A stretch of DNA of 64,000 nt from Azolla caroliniana (Eukaryota > Plantae > Polypodiophyta). Where the stretch lies: positions 20,894,001 to 20,958,000 of the forward strand of contig JBHGNT010000010.1 of assembly GCA_043228905.1 (NCBI GenBank). The letters are read 5' to 3'. Position 1 is the first letter of the stretch. Every line of letters starts with the position of its first letter. Below, piece by piece: positions 25,066 through 36,364 of this stretch. Made by a program: the position numbers and the translations under genes. Below the pieces are notes generated by a model. It did not search any database. It was not told the origin of the DNA and worked only from the letters and a program-made list of their open reading frames with translations.

Positions 25066-27029
25066 CTCCCCCTCAAGCTCAACTTGAGGTTGGATCTTAA
25101 AGTCAGTCTCTGTGGCAGTCGGTTCTTCCAACCGACTTCTCCTGGTGTCGCTCCACCTTGCTCCCGCTCCTCGTCCGGTCCGGTTCTGTTTGTTGTGACC
25201 CCTCTAGTTCTGCGCACCTCGACCTCCTCGGTCGGCTTGTCTGCTCAACAGGCCCAATTCAGCTCCCTTGCTGTTGTGACTTCGGCGTGTTCCGGTTCGC
25301 CAATTCCTTCGTGTTGGCGTCAACTTTCGCTGCCTTCTCGTCCTCTTGGCCTTGAATTGATCCGATTCTTCCGAATCGTCTGTCTCTGATTCATTCTAGC
25401 TCTTGTCCGAATCGGTTGCTCCCAATTCGTCTTCTGGTTCCAAGCCCTTCACCACATCAGACCATGTCCGGGTCTTGGCCTTCTTCCTTCGGTCGGCTCT
25501 ATCCTTCTTGACTCTGCCGCCGCTGCTGCTTGTTCCGACTTGTTCAGACGTGTCGACTCGGCTCCTTTCTTCTTCTTGACTCTCCCTTCGTCGGTTCTTC
25601 CCTCACCGGCGCAATAGGCAGTCTCTTTGCCTTTGCCCGTTCTCCCCCTCAAGTGTGGCACGTCGAGATGCTGAACACCAAGCATTTCGATGAAGTAGTG
25701 CAACTTGTCCGATCCGCGTGGTTTGGTGAAGATGTCAGCAACTTGCCGATCCGTGTGAACATACCGAAGTTCGACCTCACCGCTCAGGACACGCTCACGC
25801 ACGAAGTGATAGTGCACTTCTATGTGCTTTGTGCGAGCATGGAATACGGGGTTCTTGGCGAGTTGCATGCTACTTATGTTGTCGCAGTAGACCAGAATCG
25901 GGGTCGGTACCTCGATCCGTAGGTCTTGCAGCAGTCGCCGAAGCCAAATGGCTTCACAGGTGGCAATGGTAGCGCCCCAATACTCAGCCTTAGTGCTCGA
26001 CAAAGCAACTGTTGGCTGCTTTTTGCTACTCCACGCAACAATCGCGCAACCTAGGGAAAACATGTAACCGGAGGTTGATCGACAATCTGATGGATCGCCG
26101 GCCCAGTCGGCATATGTGTAACCCACCAGCTCTTCGGGTATACCGTGACGGTATGACAGGCCCCAATTCTTCGTGCCGCTTACATATCACAGTATCTATT
26201 GTGCGCACTGAAGGTGCTCCACGGTCGGCTTCTACATGAACTGATTTATCATTCCGACCGGATAACTGATTTATCATTTCAACCAATTTGCGTCCTTTGC
26301 CGCTTCTGCGTAGCTCTCCGGCTCACGCACTTCCGCCACCTTAGTCATGTACGCATAGTGATGTGCCATGTACTCATTGTACCCGTACCCGTGACGGGAT
26401 CCTTCTGGCGGTGTACCGACATAACTCACCGTTACCCGGTTTGAGGCCTTTCTTGGCCGGTTCGGTCTTCGTTGCCAAAGATCCACCTTTCTCCTTGCCG
26501 GAGTCGGATGCACACCGATCCGACTCATCGTTGCTGGTTTCGAATTCCGACATCTTTTTCTTCCCTTTCTCTTTGCGCGTGAACCGTCTCCTCGGTTCCT
26601 TGCGCGGGGAGAGCACGACAGAGTCTCCACTACTCGTCGGTTCCTCATCGGACTGGTCAGATTGACTCAGTCTCTCGTTCGGCCCGCTCAGCCGAAACGA
26701 TTCCGGTCTCTCATCATGAGTCCACGCTTCATGATCATCTAACTGGGCCGGTTCAGGCTCACTAGCCTCATCTAGTCGGAGCCGATAAGGAGTACCACGA
26801 TGCCGATTCATTGAATTCAACATCTCGACTAACTCGGAGCTGCTTTGTCCGGGGGTTATAACACTTATAACCCTTTTGCTCTTGAGCATAGCCGACTAGG
26901 ATGCATTCTTCCAATTTTGCATCCAGCTTCCTCCACTTCTCATCCGATACATGCACATATGCAATGCTACCGAAGATCTTAAGGTGTCTCAAATTCGGCT
27001 TGCGCCCGAAATACAGCTCGTGAGCTGAC

Positions 27030-27266
27030 TGTTACCGGCTGGCAAGAAGGCTTAAGGAGGTCCAAATCAGAGTGTGAAAAGGAATAGTTTATTCGGGAAC
27101 TATTGTAATTCATTGTATTCATTGTTATATCTTACACGTGTTAATTACGAATTGCTAAGTAACCAATTAAGGTCTAATTAAGCATTGTGCCATAAGTCAT
27201 TCTACCGTACCACCCTTTGGTGAAGTGTCTTAAGTAGACACCCTGTGTTAGGCTGTTGTCCAGCCC
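27030..27266 (+). repeat. Left LTR of C (internally deleted, 3'-truncated)
   Basis: Inverted copy of ~42822-42976 and ~43205-43274. Confidence 0.85.
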
Positions 27267-30130
27267 GGGTACCGACACCGGACCGACATGCCGTTCTAGT
27301 ACTCCAAGTATAGGGATGATTCGAACGCGGAGGCCCATGTTCATGCGTTTCAACAAACATGGGAGGCGAACAATGTGTCACAACGGTTAACCGCGACAGA
27401 AGAGGAACGATCTAAGATAGCCGAATTCAGCGTGGCATTGGAAGGACCGGCCGCCAGATGCACCGGACGCAGGATCGCAGCACCATCACCACCTTTGCGG
27501 ACCTGAAAGACAAATTCTTGCACTTCTTCCAAAAGGAGGTGGACCAGCGAGAAATGGTGGGCTTATTTTATACCATTCGGCAGGACCCCAGGGAGAGCAT
27601 CCCATAGTTTGTCATCCGGTTTCAACAGATGCACAGTCAGCTTACCTGCGCACCTCCGGAGGAAGAACGCGGGCTATATTTTTAGCCGCGCTCCGGGAAC
27701 CTCTACAAACGGTATGCACGGTCATCGACTTTCGCACAAGCACTGTCGACCAGGTCATCGACCGGGTTAGAGAAATGGAGAAAACGAGCTCTTGGCTAAC
27801 AATGGGAGCCCTCCAACGAGCATTACCAACCGATGAGGATCTCCGTTTTCGGCAAGCAATCCAATGTACGACCTGCTTGAATTCCGGACACTCGTCACTG
27901 GAGTGCACCATGCGAACGCACTGCTTACTCTACCAATCTACGAGTCACATGATGGACCAGTGTGAATATAACTTATTGAATCGGCAAGCACCACCAGTCC
28001 GGCAAATCGAGCCACGTAGCAGCCGAGACGAAGAAGACGAATGTTGGCGGCGAGAGGAGCGATATCGACCGGCACAGGATGTCTGGTACGACAATCGGCG
28101 AGACAACTATGACCGGTACAAGAGATATGACAAGTACCGAGATTACAATGGACGGTACGAGCATCACAACCGGGATCACTCCCCTGGTTATCACCAACGA
28201 CGGGAAGATTACGAGAGGTATGATGACCAACCTCGGCACGGGTACCGCAACAATAAGAACTTTAATAAAAAACGGCATTTCAAAAATGGGAGCCACCCAC
28301 GTGAACCGGAAAAAGGCGCCTCAAGCAGCCAACTGGACCAGAGCCCCGCGGTTACCACAGGCCCTCCACCGTGTACAGGAAGCAATGCCGAATCCAGCAA
28401 TACCCGGAAAGCATATTGCTATTATTGTCGGCAAGAAGGACATTACAGTAATCAATGTCCGGCAAAGAGCTATGATAAGCGACCGACAGTAAACATGGTA
28501 GTCGCCGAAGTCGCGGACCTACAGCAGGTCACCACAAGGTGGAAGGGCAAGACGACGAAATGGGAGACACAAGAGGCCATCCGGAAATAGGCAACGGAAT
28601 GGGTGAAAAAGGCAAATGAGCGAAACGTAGCAGAACTTGCGCAGCAAAAGGAGAACACCGAAGAGCTCGCCGGCGGCAGTCAGTTTGAAAACGCGACATG
28701 GCAAGTATTGCAGGCCTGCCAGATCACGCTGCCATTAGGATGACTCTTGCAGCTAGTACCAAGATTCATAGAAGGACTCAAGTCCGGCATGATGACATGC
28801 GGAACACCACCGACTCCGGCATTCTTCTCAAATCCGGAGGAGGGACCGGCGGTGGTGGACACCAACAGTCCGGCAATTACTGTCATTGTGAAAGGGAAAG
28901 AACTCCCCGGCACGATAATAGACGGAGGCTCCGGCGTTAATGTAACAAGCCTCCGGACATGCGACGCTCTTGGAATCCAAGAGTGGGAGCCATGTCGGTT
29001 ATGGCTCCGGATGGCGGACACAAGCTCGGTGCGACCGACAGGATTAATACGGAACTTAGAAGTAACCATCGGGGGCCATACATTTCGAATATCAGCCGTA
29101 GTTCTCCAATTGCAGGCTCATGGAGCGTACCCATTATTGTTGGGACGCCCTTGGTTAAAGACGACACACATCAAGCAGAACTGGAGGAGGAATATGATTA
29201 CGTTCCGGCGGGGAAAAGCGAAGGTACGGGTACCAACACAACCAAGGAAGGGCACCGGCAAGGATCTGACACCGTTATATGCGGAGTGCGTCAATATGCT
29301 GGAAGGATTAGCAGACGAAGAAGAAGATCAGTACTTGCAGGAGAACCCGAAGATTGTACCCCTATTCGAAATTGACGTCGCCGAAGCGGTATCACCCTAC
29401 TTACTGCAACCGGACGGACCCGAAGCGGAACCGGATAAAGAAGCAATCCGGGAGTTACGACAAGCGCAGGAGGCGTTGGAAAGAGAAATGGCCGTATCAC
29501 AGCGCGTAAAAGCGTCTCAATTAGAAGAGGTAAATCTAGGAACGGCGGAGGAGGCAAAACCGGTGCACGTCCCAAAGAAATGAATGCAGTGAACAAAACG
29601 GCGATAATCACACTCCTCAACGAGTTTCGCGACGTATTTGCCTGGTCGTGCGAGGATATGAGAGGGCTGGATCCTCAGTTGTATCAGCACCAGATATATC
29701 TGAGCAAAGACGCCAAGCCGGTAGCACAGCGTCGGTACCAGATGAACCAAAACTACGCCGCCAAAGTCAAGGAGGAAATCAACAAATTGGTGAGGGTTGG
29801 CTTCATCCGTCCCATAAAGAAAGCTACATGGCTCAGCCCGATCATAGTCGTACCAAAGAAGAACGACAAAATTAGAGTTTGTGTCGACTACCGGAAGCTC
29901 AATGCGGCAACGGTAACTGATGCATTTCTACTTCCGTTTATGGATGGAGTTTGGGATGCCGTCGCCGGCCATGAAGTCTACAGTTTCTTAGACGGATTCA
30001 GCAGGTATAATCATATCCGGATGCACCCTGATGATCAAGAGAAAACGGCTTTCGTCACCGAATGGGGAGTGTTTGTTGCTGTGGTGATGATGTTCGGATT
30101 GAAAACGGCACCGGCAACATTCCAACAGAT
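27267..30130 (+). pseudogene. C left arm: gag (three CCHC-like knuckles), protease, partial RT
   Basis: CTTCLNSGHSSLEC, CYYCRQEGHYSNQC, IIDGGSGVN, RVCVDYRKLN, FLDGFSRY, MMFGLKTAPATFQ; truncated before YxDD. Confidence 0.85.
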
Positions 30131-30141
30131 TGAAAACGCGT

Positions 30142-30748
30142 TGTCGCATTGCTACACGCGTGCGTTGAGAAACGAGGCGGAAAGAGAAGGAGAGAGACGC
30201 CCGGTCACGTATGAGCAAAGAAACACAGGGGCGTGGCCCGTCAACATAGAAGACACGAATGGACACAGAGACAAGGAGAGACAAGTGTTTGTATATTAAC
30301 GAATAACAAGTACACAGCAGAACGCGCGAGCGGCTACAACCGAACAGGCCGGCGAACAGATGTCGATGCCTGTTCGTCTACGCACGAAATGGGGATAGGA
30401 TGGAGGTGCTGCCAGAAGCACACGGGCGTTCCTCGAAGCAGCGCAAGCCTCCCGAGACCTGCAGAGAAGAGCAACAGAGAACAGACAGAGGAGAAGCGTT
30501 TGGTTCCGATCCGACAGCACTTCGTCCTCCTCAATGCGCGATCCCTTCTCCCTGCGTCTCCCTCTCCTTTATAGCGTCAAGAAGGGAGCCGTCTCCCTCA
30601 TTTACTTCCTACCTACCGAATCTAACTACCCCGGATCTCTCTCTGTACCTAATTCTTATATTATATACACTAAGAGCGCGCACACGTGAAGGGCCGGTTC
30701 ATGTGCGCTATTCACCGATTGCGCCAGGGGACGGTTTTCTTCACGACA
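30142..30748 (-). mobile_element. Solo LTR D (tRNA-Trp family, H-type)
   Basis: Family termini; 4-bp TSD GCGT (30138-30141 / 30749-30752). Confidence 0.9.
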
Positions 30749-30752
30749 GCGT

Positions 30753-31386
30753 GAACATGGGCCTCCGCGTCCAGATCATCCCTATACTTGGAGTACTGGA
30801 ACGACATGTCGTCGACCGGTGTCGGTACCCCGGCTGGTGGTGTCGGTGGTATTTCCTGCTGTTCCATCGGTGTCAGAGGTCTTTGTCGGTCTTCCTTTGG
30901 TGTTGTCGGCTCGACTTCCGGTCTCAGAGGTCTTTGCCGCTCTATTTCCGCCTCCGGAGGTTGCTCCGCGTCTAGTGCCGGAGGTTCCCCGTCTGCCAAC
31001 TCTGGTTCCGGTGTCAATAATGTATCCGACTCCTCGTCCTCCGATCCTCCTGGGGTGTCGTTACTGTTGCGATAATTCGTGTGCGCGCTGTAACCCCCTT
31101 CCGAATCCGATTCCAGCGCTGAAAATGCTTCGAATTCGCCGTCTCTTCCGGCGAAGGCCTGGAGAAGGGTTTCCGCTTCCCAGAGGCTGCTTAAGCTGCT
31201 TCCTTCATCCGGGTAGGCGTTTTGTTGCAGACGGAGCGACTCCTCCGCCACTTTCCGGATCACTTTGGAAAATGATCGATCCGTTCGGATTTCTTCCGCT
31301 GCTTGCTGGAAAGCCTCTCGCCGCCTTCTCCGTTCAGCAAGTCTTCGTGCTCTCTCCATAACCGGGTCGTCTGTTGGCCTAGTCAT
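30753..31386 (-). pseudogene. gag: C right arm: gag N-terminal part
   Basis: Open frame MTRPTDDP...YSKYRDDLDAEAHVHA downstream of the C PBS; its last ~85 bp are homologous to 27267-27350 on the opposite strand. Confidence 0.8.
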
Positions 31387-31856
31387 CCATTCCTACCGAT
31401 GTTCACTGCGATTGTGCCGGAATCGTTGTCGTGAAGATTTTCGTCCATTCCTAAACCCTCACTTATGAGGGGGTTGCCTATTTTGAGGGAGAGAGGCATA
31501 CCACTTAGGTTGAGGGTTTCCTATTCGGTTTTAGGGTTTCGGTTAGGGTTTTTTTCTTGGGTTTTCCTTTAAGGTTTTTGATATAGTCGTTTGGTGCGGC
31601 CATGGCGGCCACCATTGTTGTAATCATTCGCTTGTTTTTAATATAGCTTGTTGTGGATCTTGCTTCCATCTATTTTGGTCTATGCTTATGTGCTAATCTT
31701 CATCTTCTCATCCGGTGTTAAGCTACCACTTCTCATATCTTATTCTTTCTCCTCTACTCCCTAGTCCAAGACCCCCGCGGTCCTGCCCCTTCTACACGCA
31801 CTCGCGTAACAACGCAACATCTTTGGTGAACCCGACGTGAAGGGCGGCAAGGGAGC

Positions 31857-33748
31857 ATGGAGATGGAAGAAGACTTCGACTTCGAGGAGATGATGGCAAA
31901 GATCGTGATGAAAGCCGGACGGAAGATGGCGAAGCGAGATGCGGCTCAACAAGCCATCGAAAGGGTGGTCGATCGAATCGCTGGTTCAATGGGAATGAGG
32001 TCCTAAAAATTTTGGGAGCCTATAAGCCCGAGATGGCGAAAGGGGGCGTAGACGAGGCGATGCGGCTAGAGTATTTTCCTCGAGTGGCGGCCATATCGGT
32101 GCACAAGGAGGTCAAGGAGCTACGAGAAGCTCATGAGTCGTGGGTGTCCTTTGAGGGAGCCCTATTGGAGGCGTATGGGTACACGGAACCGGAAGGAAGA
32201 GGTCGACATGAGTTCGATCGGTGGGTGTGCCGGCAACATGATGTGAGGCAGTCAGCCACAACACGGCCCGCGAGCGGCGGAGAAGAGAGAACGGCAAGTG
32301 AGTACGCACTACCGCCGGAAGAGAGCTCAACGCAAAACGGTTCGGAGGAGCTCGACCTTGAGGTGCTAATACGGGAGGCATGCGAGCTTGTGAAGGCGAA
32401 AATCGGAGCCGAAGAAGGGCTTGTTATGGAGTCAGGCCGGAGGCGATCGGAGGATGCGGACGAAGAAGCCTCCCTAGACGTAGAAGACGGGGCCTATACG
32501 GAGGCCGAAAGAGCGTACGATGGCAACATGGGAGAGGGCGTGGAGCAAGTGACCCTCTTGCCTTGCGGTGAAGGGACGGCCATGGAGGCCGGTAACTACG
32601 GATTCGGGACACGGCGGCCCAAAACATCAAGCGGGAAGGCGAGTGGCCGAAACGACCACGAAGGGGAGGCAACAAGCATAATTGAGGCTTGCATAATCGG
32701 AGGCAGGTTAGCCGCGGACAACGACGTCCGAACGGAAGCGGCTACGGACACAACGAGCGGCAGTGTCGGGTCCTTACCCACATTGGTCCTAGAGGCTCCG
32801 GCGGCCGGCCCGAGTGCCGGCATGAGACCTAGAGCAACGGCCGGTGGCGGCGGCAAGGCGGGCTACCACGACGGCGAGAACGACGAGGAAGAGGTGGCGG
32901 CAAGCGTAAACGGAGACGGGGTAGCCACGGACGACGATGACAGAATGGAGGTGGCTACGAACAAAACGAGGGGCGGTGTCGAGTCCTTACCCACAATGGT
33001 CCTAGAGGCTCCGGTGGCCAGCCTGAGTGCCGGCGTGAGACCTAGAGCGACGGGCGGTGGTGGCGACAAGGAGGGCAACCAAGACAACGGCAAGGAAAGC
33101 GAGGAAGAAGGGGCGTCAAGCATAATCGAGGCTTGCGGAATCGGAGATAGGGGAGCCGCGGACAACGACGTCCGGACGGGGGCGGCTACAGCAACGACGA
33201 GCGGAGGTGTCGGGACCTTACCCACACCTATTCTAGAGATTCCAGCGGTCGGCCCCGAGAGCCCACGTGAGGCCGGAGAGATAGAAGGTGGCGGTGGCAA
33301 TGCGGACGATCGAAACAACGGCGAGGAAGGTCATAGCGGACGGAGGAGAGACCCCTCGACATCGGGGCCGGAGACTACAGCGGTTGCGCTCGAATGCCAA
33401 CATAAGACCGGAGAGAAGGACGGTGGCCGTGAGGAGGCATGGCCTGGAGCGAACACGTGCGAAGATGAGGATGCGAGGCCCGTAACGGGGATATACAAGA
33501 GGATCGACGGAGAGGTCGGGAACGGCAAGGAGGAGAGAGTCGGGAACCGACCCGACCGGAAGATGAACCGGTCGATAATCCAACACGACCGGAAGACGAG
33601 GCGGAAGAAGATTGGAGCGGGGTCCGGTCAACCGGGCCCGAACCGAAGAAGAGCCGGCAAGGCCGGATTTGTGCGGACAAACATGTACCGGCCGGTTACG
33701 ATTACGGAAGGGAGCCGACCAAACCGGAACTCGATCGGCCGAGACTGA
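31857..33748 (+). pseudogene. Divergent Gag N-terminal domain fused to an acidic Gly/Ala/Glu-rich repetitive tail (1-nt frameshift near 31980)
   Basis: AIERVVDRI..FNG..AYKPEM..FPRVA..W.SFEG.LLE.YG aligns with A gag (AIEAVVGTIGRFTG..SYGAEM..FPRVA..WEEFEGRLLEKYG); the tail has repeated SLPTxVLEAPxAxxSAGxRPRATxGGG units. Confidence 0.7.
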
Positions 33749-35603
33749 TCCGGGCGAAGGCTAAGTCGGCATGATTGGAGGTCGAGGCGTACGAGCCACA
33801 ACACACGTTGGGAGCCGGTGAGCGCGAGAGCGAGGAGGCTAACCGGGCACGATGAGTACGGATCGGTGAGAGGCCGAGAGCAAGAGGGACCCTCCCCACC
33901 TATTCTAGAGACTTCGGCGGTTGCGGATCAACATAAGACCAAAGAGACGGCGGGTGGCGGCGAGGAGTCGGGGACCGGAATAGACGAGGCTACCAGAACG
34001 GGTACCCGGTCCGTGAAGATAGACGAGCATGGCCCAAACGGCAAGCCAGAGTCGGAAGGGGCTACAGCAACAAAGGACAAAGAGACCGACGCAGGGGTCG
34101 GGTCTACGACGGATGAGGCACGTAATACGAAGTATGCACTACGGCGTAAAACGGAGCATGCACTACGGACGGCAAAGGGCCAAGAAGCAAGCATGCACCC
34201 GGAAGAGCGGCAACGAGTGACCGGCAACGGCGGACAAGTCGACCCTTTGAGAGGCAAGCATGCGGCAAAAACGGAGCGGTGAGTTGCCGGGATTGGCGGA
34301 TGAACGACGAGAGCGAAGGATGGTGTGTGGAGAGCAATGGGCTACGCGCCGGGAAGAGGAAGCGCGGCGTCCCGGAAGGCATGCGAGGCCAAGCGGGCCA
34401 AGAGGAGGAGAGTCGGGATGAAGCGGTAACGGGAGTCGCGAAGGACACTGACACGGAGGTCGGGATGACGGTACGCTCTACGGCAAGAGAGCACGGTGAG
34501 CAAAGGAGAAACGAGGAGCGCGTAATGAGGTCGCCGAGGGACCAAAGAACGAGCGCATGTTCGGGAGACAACAAGGGCACACGGAAAGAGCCTACAGAAG
34601 GTGAGCGCGGAACGGAGGGAATCGGCGCGAGGTGTTCGAGACGAAGAGAGGATCGAGCCAGATATAGAACACAAGCGGTACGCAAGGGGCGGAATCCGCC
34701 GAGCAAACGGGGTGACCGAGGGCCTAATCGGAGGACCTACGTGGCGGACAAAGAAAGAGTGACCGGATCGGCAATGGCGTTCAGGAGGACCGACTGGGGA
34801 GGAAGGCGAACGCGGTGGATATGGCAGTTCGGATGGAATCGATGTTTCGGGGACACACGGTGGATGTGGTGGATCGGTTGGAGCCGTCGGCTCGAGGACA
34901 TGCGACAGATACGGTGGAACGTGATGCTACGACGGTTCGTGTGGAAGGGACGGGCGTGCTCGAAATGGAAAACGAAGCCGAGCAAGGCCAACGAGGACAC
35001 GGCGGACCTCGGTTTTATCACCATGGCCGAAAAATCTCACCTCTTCTCCTTTCTTGGCACATACCGGTGGATGTGCGGTTTGGTGGGGGCGGATGTCGTG
35101 AAGATTTTCGTCCATAGGCGGAAACCGGAGTGGAATAGGAAAATCGGTGGTGTGCAACATGTGCACGTGTATACTAGGAAATGGTGTGTAGAAAGAAGAG
35201 GGGAAATTTTATCCCACATTGTAAGGTCCCTCCCTCCTTGGGCTATAAAAGGAAGGGAGGGGTCACTTATGAGGGGGTTGCCTATTTTGAGGGAGAGAGG
35301 CATACCACTTAGGTTGAGGGTTTCCTATTCGGTTTTAGGGTTTCAGTTAGGGTTTTCTTCTTGGGTTTTCCTTTAAGGTTTTTGATATAGTCGTTTGGTG
35401 CGGCCATGGCAGCCACCATTGTTGTAATCATTCGCTTGTTTTTAATATAGCTTGTTGTGGATCTTGCTTCCATCTATTTTGGTCTATGCTTATGTGCTAA
35501 TCTTCATCATCTCATCCGGTGTTAAGCTACCACTTCTCATATCTTATTCTTTCTCCTCTACTCCCTAGTCCAAGACCCCCGCGGTCCCGCCCCTTCTACA
35601 CGC

Positions 35604-36321
35604 TGTCGTGAAGAAAACCGCCCACAAGAGGAATCGGAGGAACAAGGCGTGGGAAACGGCTCTACACACACACGCGCGCCAAGAAGTACCTAAGGACGAA
35701 GTAGGTACATACGAGGATCCTAGGTGGGTAGATTCGGTTGGTATGCAGTTAATGCCAAACGGCCTCTTGACGGGCTATAAAAAGGAAGAGGAAGAATAGA
35801 AGTGGGGCATCTCCCGCGGAGAGGACGAAGTGCTGCCGAACCGATTTCGGAGCTTCTCTCTCACTCCTGCTCTCTCTGTCTTCTGCTCCATCGCGTACCT
35901 GTGCTGGTTTCGAGGAGGCTTGCGTTGTTCCGTGGAACGCCCCGAGTGCGTCCTGCAGCACCTCCGACCTGTTTTCCCTTTCTGTGCGTCGCGACATACA
36001 GGGGTCGGCAGCTGTTCGCCGCCCTGTTCGTTTTCGTTAGTATCTATTTTGTGCCCCACCGTGGGTTGTAATACTTTAGTCTGTTATTTTCTTGCATTCA
36101 TAAGTACATATCTCTCGTTGTTGCGTCCATCTGCGTCGGCGTTTATTTGGGATCTCTGTTTGTTGGGCCGTGTCCCTGTGAAATCGTCGGTTCTGCGCAA
36201 TCGGATCTTCGGTTCTGTGTAATCGGGTCTCTCTCTCTTTCTTCTCTCTCTCTTGCTCTTCGGTTCGAGACCCCCGTGGTCCCTCCTCCTTTCTACACGC
36301 AAGGGCGTTGTAACCCCGACA
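35604..36321 (+). repeat. 5' LTR of A
   Basis: TGTCG...CGACA; TATA-like CTATAAAA at ~35775. Confidence 0.95.
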
Positions 36322-36324
36322 TCT

Positions 36325-36341
36325 TGGTGAACCCGACGTGA
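36325..36341 (+). promoter_or_regulatory. PBS (tRNA-Trp) of A
   Basis: TGGTGAACCCGACGTGA, 3 nt after the LTR end. Confidence 0.9.
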
Positions 36342-36364
36342 AAGAGGCGGCGGAAGAGTAGGAA

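Noticed and set aside
32012-35376. env-like gene in element B
   Set aside because: No signal peptide or convincing transmembrane segment; the hydrophobic end of ORF 34279-35376 is read-through into the LTR.
36325-36341. tRNA-Trp gene
   Set aside because: Only 17 nt complementary to the tRNA 3' end, including CCA; this is a PBS.
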